From an uncultured Eubacteriales bacterium (GTDB lineage Bacteria > Bacillota > Clostridia > Oscillospirales > Oscillospiraceae), in the NCBI GenBank assembly GCA_900319465.1, contig ONOL01000001.1, positions 32,843-96,842 on the forward strand: a stretch of DNA of 64,000 nucleotides, read 5' to 3'. Positions 52,759 through 61,968 of the stretch are shown piece by piece. Every line of letters starts with the position of its first letter. Position 1 is the stretch's first letter. Under the pieces are notes generated by a model that was not told where the DNA came from, searched no databases, and was given only the letters and a program-made list of their open reading frames with translations. The position numbers and the translations under genes are program-made.

Positions 52759-52764
52759 AGCTGC

Positions 52765-52793
52765 ATTATAATCGACAGCCGCCGCAAAGGCAA
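52765..52793 (-). promoter_or_regulatory. sigma-A-type promoter; possibly gives a leaderless vWA mRNA
   Basis: Minus strand: TTGCCT, 17 nt, TATAAT. The ATG at 52758 begins 7 nt after the -10 hexamer, and no RBS precedes it. Confidence 0.4.
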
Positions 52794-52851
52794 GCGCGCC
52801 GCCGAAGACCGCAGGCACAGAAGGCCGGATCGGGCTTCTGCGACAAGCTGA

Positions 52852-52875
52852 GGCGGCGTGCAGAAGCACGCCGCC
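52852..52875 (-). terminator. hairpin after the MMPL gene (terminator-like, without a U-tract)
   Basis: GGCGGCGTGC-AGAA-GCACGCCGCC, a 10-bp GC stem 26 nt after the stop. Confidence 0.4.
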
Positions 52876-52900
52876 TGTCGTATGTTCTGTTTTGCCCGAT

Positions 52901-55900
52901 TCAGGCGCCGAGCCCCTCGCCGCGGATCAGCAGCACGCCGTTGATCGCGGAGGAAACGGCCAGCAGCGCCGCAGCCAGCATCATCCAGGGGCTCAGGTCG
53001 ACACAGCGGCTGTGCCACAGGATGGCCGCCGCGGCGGAAAGCAGCATCGCCAGCATCGCCAGCACCGCCGGGAATCGCGTCCACCGGGTCGACAACAGCA
53101 GCGCCACAAGCGCGCAGAAGGCGGCGACGGCCAGCAGGATGGCCAGATATCCGGCGATGTGCTCCTGCTCCGCCGCGGCTTCCACCCGGCTGCGGAAGAA
53201 GAGCTCCGCCTGGTCCAGCGCCTCCAGCGGGCTTGCGTTCCGGCTGATCTCCTCTTTCAGACCCGGCTCGGCAAAGAGCTGATCCATCTGCTCGGCAAGC
53301 AGCGCCTCGTCGCCGCTCACGGCGTCGAGCGCGGACATGCTCTCGCTGAGCTCCTCGCGGTTCTGCGCGAGGGTCTCGCGCCCCTCCTCGAGCTGGGCGG
53401 CGGCCTCGTCGAGCGCCTGTTCGCCCTCCTTGAGCTGGGCGGCGGCGCTGTTGAGCTGCGCGCGGCCGTTGTCGATCTGCTGTCCGCCCGCGTTCAGTTC
53501 GGCGTAGCCGGCGTCCAGCTTGGCCTTGCCCGCGGCGAGCTGCGCCTCCGCGTCTTTCAGCTGGGCCTGCCCCGCGGCCTGCGCGGCATAGCCCTCGTCC
53601 AGCTTGGCCTTGCCCGCGGCGAGCTGCGCCTCCGCGTCTTTCAGCTGGGCTTCGCCCTCGGCGAGCTGTGCGTAGCCGGCATCCAGCCTGGCCTTGCCCG
53701 CGGCAAGCTGCGCCTCGCCGTCGGCGAGCTGCGCCTGCGCGGACTCGTACTGGGAGAGCAGGCCGTAAAAATCGGTGGCATCCGCCGCGGCCTGCGCCGC
53801 AGTCAGCGTTACGCCGAGCGCCAGCGCGGCGGCGGAATCCCCGGAGGAGACGGCGTGGTCATACTGCGCCTGCAGCTCCACCACGCGGTTGTGCAGCGCC
53901 AGCGCGCTCTGGTAGAGCGGGGTCACGGCGTCCAGCCTGGCCTTGCCCTCGTTGTATTTGGCAAGTCCCGCGTCGTATTCGGCCTGGCCCTGCGCAAGCT
54001 CCGCCTGCGCCGCGTCATACCGGGCCTTGCCCTCATTGTAGCGGGCGAGCGCCGCGTCGTACTCGGCCTGGCCCTGCGCAAGCTGCGCGGAGCCGGCCTC
54101 CAGCCGGGCTTTGCCCTCGTTGTACTGGGCGACGCCGGCGTCGTACTCGGCCTGGCCCTGCGCGAGCTTGGCCGCGCCTGCGTTGTATTCGCTGACGGCG
54201 CCCTGCAGCCTTGCGTTGCCCGCGTCGTACTTGGCCTTGCCCTCGTTATAGCTCTCCAGGCCCTCCTCGTACTGGGCTTCGCCCTCGGCCAGCTGCTCGG
54301 AGCCGATCTTGTCGGTCATGAGCTGCTCGGCGAAGGCGTAGGAGAGCGCGTCCTGCTCGGCGCGCGACGCCTCGACGCGGCGGGCAAGGGGACGCAGCGC
54401 GTCGGCCTGTTTGATCATATTGTCGGCATAGCGCTTCATGCTGTCGCGGTAGCTGCCAGCGGTGAGCATCCCGAAGGGCACGGCGAGGATCGCCAGCACC
54501 AGCGCAAGGCTCAGCAGGGCGGCGGCGAAGCTGCGGCGGTTGCGCGCGAAGAAGCCCGCGACGGCGGAGTTGTCCCGGTCGATGGTCGTGGCGGCGACGA
54601 AGCGGTCGCCCAGCACCAGGACCTGCGGCAGCGCGAAGAGGATCAGCAGCAGCGAGATACTGGTGCCGGTGCCGACGTAGTAGCCCATGCCGGCAATGAT
54701 GCACTGGGAGACCTGGAAGCCGATCAGCAGGCCGGCGCAGACCATCATGAGCCCGGAGGTGATGATGGTGGGGAACGCGACGTTCAGCGTGCTGATGATC
54801 GCCTCGCGGCGGTCCATGGTCTCGCGGAACTCCTTGTAGCGGGAGGAGACCACGATCGCATAGTCGATGTTCGCGCCCATCTGGATGGCGCTGACGATCA
54901 GGTAGCAGAGGAAGAAGACGTAATCGCCCCGAAGCGCGGCGATGGCAAAGTTGATCCATATGCTGCCCTGAATGACGAGGATCAGCAGCAGCGGCATACC
55001 GAAGGATTTAAAGGTGAAAAACAGGATCACCATGACCAGCACCAGCGACATGAGTCCCACCACCCGGTTGTCCGTGGCGAAGGATTCCTTGAAGTCCTTG
55101 GCGCTGACCGAGTCGCCGGTCAGGCAGACGCCGCCGTCGTAATAGTCCTCCGCCATCACGCGCACGCGCTTGAGGAAGGCGAAGGTCTCGTCCGACTGGA
55201 CCGGCAGATCCAGATCCAGCACGAGGCGGCTGTAATTCTCGCTCCGGAGCGTCGCGCTGACCATGCTCAGCCGGCTGTAAAGCCCGTCGATCATGTCCTT
55301 CTGCGCGGCCGTGAGCGCCACCGCGCCGTCCTCGGCATGATCGTGCAGGAAGAGGAAGAGGTCGAGCAGGCCTGCGCGGTAGCCCTCCAGATCCTCAGAC
55401 GCCGCGCTGTGCTCGCCCTGTCCGGCCGCGTAATAGGCGAAGATCGCCTGCGCGGTCGTCTCGTCGATCTCCGCGAGGCGGGAGAAGTCGCGGAAGCCGA
55501 TCTCGTCGCCGAGCTTCAGGCCGTCCTTGATCTCGATCGCGGCGATGCCCGTGGCGCTTTTGACCTCGCTGCACGCGGCGAGCTCGCCCAGCAGCGCTTT
55601 CTCCGAAGCGTAATCCCCCGCGGGCACGAGCACCGCGACCAGATTGCTGCTGCCGAACGCGTCCTCGATCTCGGCCTGCGCCATCTCCCGCTCCGTCTTG
55701 TGGAGCGCCGGGACGGCGTCCTGCGCGTAGGCGTAGTCGGTCTGTCCGAATAGATAGTACGCGCCCGCGACCAGGAGCACGAACAGGATGGGGACCACAT
55801 GGCGCGTGGCATAGGCAAATTTGCCCACAAAGCTGATCTTCGGCACGAAGCGCCTGTGCTTCGTGCGATCCATGGCCTTGCCGAAGAGGACCAGCAGCGA

Positions 55901-56827
55901 GGGCATGAACAGAAACACCGTCAGAAGGCTGCACAGGATGGCCTTGATCAGGCACACGCCCATGTCCACGCCGAGGCGGAATTTCATGAAGGTCATGGCC
56001 GTCAGGCCCGCGATGGTGGTCAGGCTGCTGGCAAAGATCTCCGGAATGGAGGCGGCCAGCGCCTTCTCCGCCGCCTCGCGGACCCCAAGCGTCTCATGCT
56101 CCTCCTTATAGCGGTTGCAGAGGATGATGGCGTAGTCCACCGAGAGCGCGAGCTGCAGGACGATGGCCACGGAATTGGAGACGAAGGAGATCGTGCCGAG
56201 GAGGAAGTGCGTCCCGAGGTTGACGACGGCCGCGACCAGGAAGGTCAGGATCATCACGGGGATCTCCGCGTAGGTGCTGGAGGTAAAGAGCAGGACCGCG
56301 AGCACCACGAGCACCACGAAGATCAGCACCGTGGACATCTGCTCGGCGAGAAGCGCGGCCAGACTGTAACCGACGCTGGAATAGACGGTGGTATCGTAGC
56401 CCGCCAGCAGCGACTCCACGGCCTTCAGGGCCTCGCGGCTGGACTCCGCTTTCGCCACGTCGGAGAAGGTCAGCTCAAAGAGCGCGTTCCCGTCCTTGTA
56501 GTGCGCCTGCGTGTCATCGTAGGAAACCAGGATCACGTCCCTGACCCCGGACAGGGTCTCCGAGAGCGCTTTCGCCTGTTCCTGAGAGATCCCGTGCACC
56601 ATGACCTTGGCCGTGCCGTAGGTGACGAATTCCCTCTCCATGATGTTCAGGCCCTGGTGCGCCTCCGCCTCCTCGGGAAGGTAGACCGTGATGTTGTTCT
56701 CCACCTTGATCCAGCGGACGGAGAAGACGGAAAACACGATCGCCGCGAGAAACAGCGCGCAGAAAAGCCATCGGTATTTGACAATGCAGCGGGCGATATT
56801 TTCGATAGCAGTTGATTTTTTGTTCAT
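52901..56827 (-). CDS. MMPL/RND-superfamily transporter fused to a long xxxLxxG heptad coiled-coil region and extra C-terminal TM helices
   Basis: 1308 aa from the ATG at 56827 (MNKKSTAIENIARCIVKYRWLF...). It has two MMPL-type 6-TM modules (e.g. LALSVDYAIILCNRYKEE and MGANIDYAIVVSSRYKEF). About 330 aa of Ala/Gln/Glu/Gly heptads follow (AQLAAGKAKLDEGY, AEYDAGVAQYNEGKARLEAG...), then 3 terminal TM segments. Confidence 0.8.
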   Translation of the reverse strand: MNKKSTAIENIARCIVKYRWLFCALFLAAIVFSVFSVRWIKVENNITVYLPEEAEAHQGLNIMEREFVTYGTAKVMVHGISQEQAKALSETLSGVRDVILVSYDDTQAHYKDGNALFELTFSDVAKAESSREALKAVESLLAGYDTTVYSSVGYSLAALLAEQMSTVLIFVVLVVLAVLLFTSSTYAEIPVMILTFLVAAVVNLGTHFLLGTISFVSNSVAIVLQLALSVDYAIILCNRYKEEHETLGVREAAEKALAASIPEIFASSLTTIAGLTAMTFMKFRLGVDMGVCLIKAILCSLLTVFLFMPSLLVLFGKAMDRTKHRRFVPKISFVGKFAYATRHVVPILFVLLVAGAYYLFGQTDYAYAQDAVPALHKTEREMAQAEIEDAFGSSNLVAVLVPAGDYASEKALLGELAACSEVKSATGIAAIEIKDGLKLGDEIGFRDFSRLAEIDETTAQAIFAYYAAGQGEHSAASEDLEGYRAGLLDLFLFLHDHAEDGAVALTAAQKDMIDGLYSRLSMVSATLRSENYSRLVLDLDLPVQSDETFAFLKRVRVMAEDYYDGGVCLTGDSVSAKDFKESFATDNRVVGLMSLVLVMVILFFTFKSFGMPLLLILVIQGSIWINFAIAALRGDYVFFLCYLIVSAIQMGANIDYAIVVSSRYKEFRETMDRREAIISTLNVAFPTIITSGLMMVCAGLLIGFQVSQCIIAGMGYYVGTGTSISLLLILFALPQVLVLGDRFVAATTIDRDNSAVAGFFARNRRSFAAALLSLALVLAILAVPFGMLTAGSYRDSMKRYADNMIKQADALRPLARRVEASRAEQDALSYAFAEQLMTDKIGSEQLAEGEAQYEEGLESYNEGKAKYDAGNARLQGAVSEYNAGAAKLAQGQAEYDAGVAQYNEGKARLEAGSAQLAQGQAEYDAALARYNEGKARYDAAQAELAQGQAEYDAGLAKYNEGKARLDAVTPLYQSALALHNRVVELQAQYDHAVSSGDSAAALALGVTLTAAQAAADATDFYGLLSQYESAQAQLADGEAQLAAGKARLDAGYAQLAEGEAQLKDAEAQLAAGKAKLDEGYAAQAAGQAQLKDAEAQLAAGKAKLDAGYAELNAGGQQIDNGRAQLNSAAAQLKEGEQALDEAAAQLEEGRETLAQNREELSESMSALDAVSGDEALLAEQMDQLFAEPGLKEEISRNASPLEALDQAELFFRSRVEAAAEQEHIAGYLAILLAVAAFCALVALLLSTRWTRFPAVLAMLAMLLSAAAAILWHSRCVDLSPWMMLAAALLAVSSAINGVLLIRGEGLGA
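53514..53651. repeat. intragenic direct repeat: two identical 54-nt copies spaced 84 nt apart
   Basis: GTCCAGCTTGGCCTTGCCCGCGGCGAGCTGCGCCTCCGCGTCTTTCAGCTGGGC occurs at 53514-53567 and again at 53598-53651. The 84-nt period equals 28 codons, or 4 heptads. Confidence 0.85.
53971..54168. repeat. intragenic 84-nt periodic repeat, three copies
   Basis: CGTCGTA(T/C)TCGGCCTGGCCCTGCGC(A/G)AGCT occurs at 53971, 54055 and 54139, with similar flanks (GGCCTTGCCCTCGTTGTA...). Confidence 0.8.
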
Positions 56828-56926
56828 CTTGTTGTTATTCCTCCGGAAGCGCGCTTTCCTTCTGCCGCTACCAAGTGATCGCAAGCGTTCGACGCGCAAG
56901 GTCCCCGGCCCGGGTCCGGGGCGGTC

Positions 56927-58291
56927 TCAGATACTCTCGTCGATCAGTTCCTTCAGGCTCCGCTCCGGATGGGCGACGCCGTTTTCGAGAAACTTCAGCA
57001 GGAAGGCGTGGAGCTTCTCGACGCTCTCGGGCTGCACGTAGTCCTGGGCGTACCAGTAGGTGGCGCAGAGCGTGCCGCGGCTGCTGTCGGGAAGGATCAT
57101 CAGATACAGCGGGGTCGGGATCAGGCCCTGGGAGACGAAATCGCCGTCGAGCTCAAGCTCGTCCCGGGGCAGCTCCATCGGCGGGAAATACGTCAGCCAG
57201 GTGGTGCCGTAAAAGCTGTCCGCAGGGGTCTTGTAGCGCCGGTAGACCTGGTTCATCACGTCGACGTTGATGACCTTGCAGATGCGCATGGCGTCTCCCT
57301 GCGCCTCATAGACCTTGTCGATGGCCTCGGAGAAGCTCTGGCTCTCGGGGATGACGATGCGCAGGAAGTGGGAGTTTGCCAGGTTCATGCCGCAGTTTTT
57401 CTCATAGAGCGTGCCGCGCGCGGCGAGCAGGCCGTTGACCATTACGTCATCGGTGCCGCTGACACGGCCGAGGTAGCTGCGAAGGGCCAGCATATAGAGG
57501 ATCTGCGGGGAAACATGGAAGCCGCGGGCGGCCTTGCTGACGCGGGTGACAAATTCCGGCGGCAGGGGATGGCGGATGGTCTCGCCGAAGAACTGCGTGA
57601 ACTGCTGGCGCCGGCCGCAGCGCGCGCCCTCGACGAACTCGGGAGAGCCGAGGCCGTTGACGGAGGTAAACTGCGGCTCGGTCGCGTAGTAGCGTTCCAG
57701 GAAGCTGTCGCGCTGCTTCTGCCAGCGCTCGCTGCCGGTGAACGCGCGGTCGTTCTCAATGAGCTTCCAGGGCTCGTCCGCCGGCTTGGGAAGCGCCTTC
57801 CCGTCGCGCATGGCGACGTATACCCGGCACACGTATTCCAGCGTCCGGAGCCCGGAATAGCCGTCCATGATGATGTGCTGGATCACGAAATACATACCCA
57901 GGTGGCCGTCGGGATAGTGGATCAGGCGGAAGCGGGCGAGGGGCAGGTCCTCGATCGTGCCGGGGAAGAACTCCTGGTTCCATTCGCGGAAGATCTCATC
58001 CTGGCGCGCCACTTCCTCTTCCGTAAACGTTACCGCCGTGACGGGAGCCGGCGCCTCGTCGCTCATGTACTGGCGCATTTTCCCGTCCTCGCCGCGGCAG
58101 ACGCGCACCCGGCAGTAGGGCAGACGCCGCACGCTCTCGGCGATGGCCTCGATGAGGAGCGCCTCGTCCATCTCGCTCCTGAAATCCACATGCGCGATGA
58201 GCTGCAGCGAGTCGATGGTCTGCAGCATATCCGCCAGGGCGACGATGCCCTCCTGCGCGCGGGTCAGGGGATAGGTTTTTCTTTCTTCCAT
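56927..58291 (-). CDS. stand-alone condensation-domain protein (NRPS C / PapA-like acyltransferase fold)
   Basis: 454 aa: PLTRAQEGI... with the active-site motif VIQHIIMDGYS (xHxxxDG). A GAGGAGAAGG RBS lies 14 nt after the carrier-protein stop. Confidence 0.8.
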   Translation of the reverse strand: MEERKTYPLTRAQEGIVALADMLQTIDSLQLIAHVDFRSEMDEALLIEAIAESVRRLPYCRVRVCRGEDGKMRQYMSDEAPAPVTAVTFTEEEVARQDEIFREWNQEFFPGTIEDLPLARFRLIHYPDGHLGMYFVIQHIIMDGYSGLRTLEYVCRVYVAMRDGKALPKPADEPWKLIENDRAFTGSERWQKQRDSFLERYYATEPQFTSVNGLGSPEFVEGARCGRRQQFTQFFGETIRHPLPPEFVTRVSKAARGFHVSPQILYMLALRSYLGRVSGTDDVMVNGLLAARGTLYEKNCGMNLANSHFLRIVIPESQSFSEAIDKVYEAQGDAMRICKVINVDVMNQVYRRYKTPADSFYGTTWLTYFPPMELPRDELELDGDFVSQGLIPTPLYLMILPDSSRGTLCATYWYAQDYVQPESVEKLHAFLLKFLENGVAHPERSLKELIDESI

Positions 58292-58304
58292 CTCAGCCTT
58301 CTCC

Positions 58305-58529
58305 TCAGACCTTTCCCGAGAGGTAATCGACCAGATCCTGAAGCGTAAAGATGCTTCTCAGATCCGCCGTCTCGATCTCGACGCCGAACTCGTCCTCGAG
58401 ATCGCCGACCATCGTCATCACGTCCAGCGAGCTCATGCCCAGATCCTCGATAAAGGTGGTCTCCGGCGTCAGGCCGGTTTCGGGCTCTTCGACGTAGTTG
58501 AGAAGAATTTCACAGATTTTTTCGTACAT
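58305..58529 (-). CDS. acyl/peptidyl carrier protein
   Basis: 74 aa from the ATG at 58529: MYEKICEILLNYVEE...FIEDLGMSSLDVMTMVGDLEDEFGVEI. The phosphopantetheine attachment site is DLGMSS. Confidence 0.8.
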   Translation of the reverse strand: MYEKICEILLNYVEEPETGLTPETTFIEDLGMSSLDVMTMVGDLEDEFGVEIETADLRSIFTLQDLVDYLSGKV

Positions 58530-58578
58530 GGTGCGTCTTCCTTTCACGACAAACTTTTATTTGGGGAGATGCGTGCTT

Positions 58579-60297
58579 TCACGCCTCGGCATCTTCCTCG
58601 GCGGTGATAAACCTGTATTTTTCGGGGGTGTCGATCAGGCGCAGCGCCTTGATCTGATTGGCGGAAGCGCCCTGGGAGATCCGCATGTCCCGATAGCGCC
58701 GGAACGCGCCGGCGCGGACGGGGCGCAGCTTTGCCGGGCCGATCTGGCCGTTTTCCCGATAAAAGCCGTAGTCCCAGCAATTGACGCCGAGCGCCTCTTC
58801 AAAGCGCGCCAGAAAGGCCTGCCTTTCCTCCCCGTCCAGCGGCCGCTCGGTCTCCAGGAAGAGCTCCAGATGCGGCGCGGCGGCCCCGATGTCGGCGTAA
58901 AGGCTGTAATCGAGCACGCGGGTGTCCACCGCCTGCGCGGCTTCCCGGACGGTATCGGCCAGATGGCGGCCCGTCAGGTGGATCCCGCAGATATCGGTGA
59001 GGTTGTTGGCCCGGTAGGCAAACTGGATGCAGGGCGTCTCGCCGATAAAATCGGTGACGCAGACCACGTCCAGCAGGCGGTAGCGGTAAAGGCCCGCGAG
59101 GTTTGTCAGCACGATCTCGTAATATTTGCCGCGTTCAAGCTCGCAGGGCAGCAGGATGCGGTCCGTTTTCGTCTCGCCGTCCTCCACGGGGAAGAACTCG
59201 AAGAAGCCGGAGTCCGGCAGCAGCAGGTAGCTCGGGTCGTCGAGCCTCAGGGCGACGCCCATGGTGCACTCGGAGGAGGAATAGAGGCTGTGGCAGTGCC
59301 TGACCCCGGGGTCGAAGAGCGTGTGCAGCTTCTCGGTAAAGGGCGTGAAGTCTCCCCCGCCGATGCAGACGAGAATGCTCATCTGTTTCCACACGCGCGA
59401 CATGACCGGCCCCTTCTCCGGCGTGGAGAAGATCTCCCGCAGCTCGGCGGCGCGGGCGGGGTCGGGGCGCAGGGCGCGCTCAAGCTTTCTGCGCGCTTTC
59501 GGCGAGACGGGCGCGTCGGGGCTGAGCGTGCCGGTCTCAATATCGCGCGCCAGCCGCTCCCAGTTTTCCAGGATGTAGGTCATCATGTCCAGCATACTGG
59601 AACTGAACACCGCCGAGGCGTACTTCAGGTCCGCATCGCGCAGGGCGTAGAGGGCCTTGAGGTATCTGGGATCCCCGATCCCCTCGCCGTCGAGAAGCGC
59701 GGCCGGGAAGGGGGTGAAGAGCGGCAGAAAGTACTTGACGCTGTTGAGCGAGTAGGAGGACACCATGCCCTGGTCCACCTTCCCCTTCTGCCGCTCCGCG
59801 TTCGCCTGGCCGACCGTGTCGATGATCACGAAGCCCTTCGCCGTCGCGGCGGGGACGCCGCGCTCGCGCAGGATGGGCAGGAGGTCCGAGAGCATGACGC
59901 AGATGCATTTGAAGTACGGGATATAGGTCTCCATGACCTGGGGGATCAGCTTGCGCTCCCGGGTGGTGCCGGAGGTCGTGGCAAAGTAATTGATCCGGCG
60001 GCCGGTCATCAGGCCCTGCTCCCCGTTCTCGGCGGTACGCCGCACGTAGTCGCGGTAATCGTCATAGTCGGAGACGGGAACCATCTTCCGGTAGTCCGAC
60101 ACGCTGCGGATCTCCGAAAAGCGGTACTTCCGCCCGTACTCGGTGTCCCGGCTGCGCCGCAGCAGCTTATTGAGCATCCGCTCGCCCGTCGCTCTCCCGC
60201 GGCGGGCCTTGCGCTCGTAATCCGCGCGGAAGAGCCTGCCGATCAGGCAGCCGCCATGGAACACAACGGCGTTTACGGCTTTGCTGAGAACATTCAT
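58579..60297 (-). CDS. GH3-family acyl-acid amido synthetase-like adenylating enzyme
   Basis: 572 aa: ...FSEIRSVSDYRKMVPVSDYDDYRDYVRRTAENGEQGLMTGRRINYFATTSGTTRERKLIPQ... This follows the GH3 N-terminal pattern (f...vP...Yed..p.i.r...Ge..il.......f..SSGTT.g..K.iP), and the size fits. Confidence 0.7.
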   Translation of the reverse strand: MNVLSKAVNAVVFHGGCLIGRLFRADYERKARRGRATGERMLNKLLRRSRDTEYGRKYRFSEIRSVSDYRKMVPVSDYDDYRDYVRRTAENGEQGLMTGRRINYFATTSGTTRERKLIPQVMETYIPYFKCICVMLSDLLPILRERGVPAATAKGFVIIDTVGQANAERQKGKVDQGMVSSYSLNSVKYFLPLFTPFPAALLDGEGIGDPRYLKALYALRDADLKYASAVFSSSMLDMMTYILENWERLARDIETGTLSPDAPVSPKARRKLERALRPDPARAAELREIFSTPEKGPVMSRVWKQMSILVCIGGGDFTPFTEKLHTLFDPGVRHCHSLYSSSECTMGVALRLDDPSYLLLPDSGFFEFFPVEDGETKTDRILLPCELERGKYYEIVLTNLAGLYRYRLLDVVCVTDFIGETPCIQFAYRANNLTDICGIHLTGRHLADTVREAAQAVDTRVLDYSLYADIGAAAPHLELFLETERPLDGEERQAFLARFEEALGVNCWDYGFYRENGQIGPAKLRPVRAGAFRRYRDMRISQGASANQIKALRLIDTPEKYRFITAEEDAEA

Positions 60298-60315
60298 AGA
60301 GCCATCGTTCCTCTC

Positions 60316-61968
60316 TTATTTGTTCGCGCTGCTCGTCGATTTCGCGTTGAGCAGATACCGTTTGATCTTCATGGTGGTGGTCTTCTCAAAGGGAAGGCTG
60401 CGCAGGCGGATCTTGTGGATGTTCTTGCTCAGGGGCATCTGCTTGTTGAAGAGCTTTACGTCCTCGGTCAGCCGCGTCTGCGCGTCCGGGTAGGCCTCCT
60501 CGTCCAGATAGAACTCCGCCGTAATGTCCCGGCCCTCCTCGTAGACCGCCACTTCCTTCACGTATTCGATCCGGCCGAGCTTCTCCTCCAACTCCTCGGG
60601 GGAGACGTTCTTGCCGTTGGCGAGGATGATGAGGTTTTTCTTGCGTCCGGTTATGTACAGGAAGCCGTCGCCGTCGAGGCGGCCGTAGTCCCCGGTCTTG
60701 AACCATTCGCCGTCAAAGGCCTCCGCGGTCGCCTCCGGGTCCTTGTAGTAGCCCTTCATCACGTTGCTGCCCGAGACGTAGATCTCGCCGATGCCGTTCT
60801 CGTCCGGGTCGTAGATCTTTATGCGGTTGCAGGGCAGGGGCTGCCCCACGCTGCCGAAGCGGAAATGCTCGTTCCGGTTCACCGCCACCACCGGCGAGCA
60901 CTCGGTGATGCCGTAGCCGTTGATGACGTTGATGCCCATGTCGTACAGGTCCCGCTGCAGCTTCTCGTCGAGCGCGGCGCCGCCGCAGATGATCATCTCC
61001 AGATTGCCGCCCAGACTGTTATGGACCAGGTGGAAAAGATGCTTGCGCAGGTCGATGCCGACCTTCATCAGGGCGCGGCTGACTGTGAGCGCGCGCTTGA
61101 GGTCGCCCTCCTTCCCCTGGTTGCGCGCGTTCTGCCAGATGCCCTTGTGCAGCATCTCCACCATCAGCGGCACCGCGGAGATGTTCTGCGGCTTGTTGCG
61201 GTTGAGATCCTTGACGACGCGCTTCATGTTGGGGCTGATGTGCGCGTCCACCGAGTAGAGGAAGGCCGCGAACATCGCCGACGCCCAGGAAAAGGTGTGG
61301 TTCATGGGCAGGAAGATCTGGGTGTTGCGCGCCGTGACGCATTTGCAGGTGGCCGCGACGTCACTGGCGAGGTTGCCGTGCGTGAGCATAACGCCCTTGC
61401 TCTTGCCCGAGGTGCCAGAGGTGTAGACGATGCAGGCCAGGGTATCCGGCTGTACGTCGACCCGATCGAAGGCCGTGCTGCCTTCCGCCAGCAGCCGCTC
61501 GCCCTCCGCGATATCCGCCTCCAGCTCTGCCAGCGGAAAAAAGGTGATCGGCGGCAGCGCGTCGCCCAGGCTCCGGAAACACTCGACCGTGCTCCGCAGC
61601 CGTTCCGAATAGAACAGCGCCGCACAGTCACAGCGGCGCACAAGCTCCGCCAGGTCCTTCTGCGGCAGCTCCTTGTCCAGCGGCACCGCGACGTTGCCGC
61701 TGTTGGTGACGCCGAAATACGCCAGGCACCACTCGGTGGAATTCTCCCCCAGCAGGGCGATGTTGCGCCCGGCATAGCCTCGCTCGAGAAGGAAGGTCCC
61801 CAGCGCGCGGATCTTTTTTGCCGCCTCGATGAAGCTCATCGGCTCGTCGTTCTGACGGCCGGTATAGAAAATGGTGTGCTCCCCGCCGTTCTCCTCGCCG
61901 TAACGGATCAGGCCGCGCAGCGTATCCACGTCCGGGATGTCGTAATAGGGATAAGGCCGGTTTTTCAT
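60316..61968 (-). CDS. AMP-binding enzyme (long-chain fatty acyl-CoA / acyl-AMP ligase, FadD-like)
   Basis: 550 aa from the ATG at 61968 (GGAGG RBS). Motifs: YTSGTSGKSKGVMLTH, GYGITECS, FKTGDYGRLDGDGFLYITGRKKNLIILANGKNVSPEELE. Confidence 0.85.
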   Translation of the reverse strand: MKNRPYPYYDIPDVDTLRGLIRYGEENGGEHTIFYTGRQNDEPMSFIEAAKKIRALGTFLLERGYAGRNIALLGENSTEWCLAYFGVTNSGNVAVPLDKELPQKDLAELVRRCDCAALFYSERLRSTVECFRSLGDALPPITFFPLAELEADIAEGERLLAEGSTAFDRVDVQPDTLACIVYTSGTSGKSKGVMLTHGNLASDVAATCKCVTARNTQIFLPMNHTFSWASAMFAAFLYSVDAHISPNMKRVVKDLNRNKPQNISAVPLMVEMLHKGIWQNARNQGKEGDLKRALTVSRALMKVGIDLRKHLFHLVHNSLGGNLEMIICGGAALDEKLQRDLYDMGINVINGYGITECSPVVAVNRNEHFRFGSVGQPLPCNRIKIYDPDENGIGEIYVSGSNVMKGYYKDPEATAEAFDGEWFKTGDYGRLDGDGFLYITGRKKNLIILANGKNVSPEELEEKLGRIEYVKEVAVYEEGRDITAEFYLDEEAYPDAQTRLTEDVKLFNKQMPLSKNIHKIRLRSLPFEKTTTMKIKRYLLNAKSTSSANK

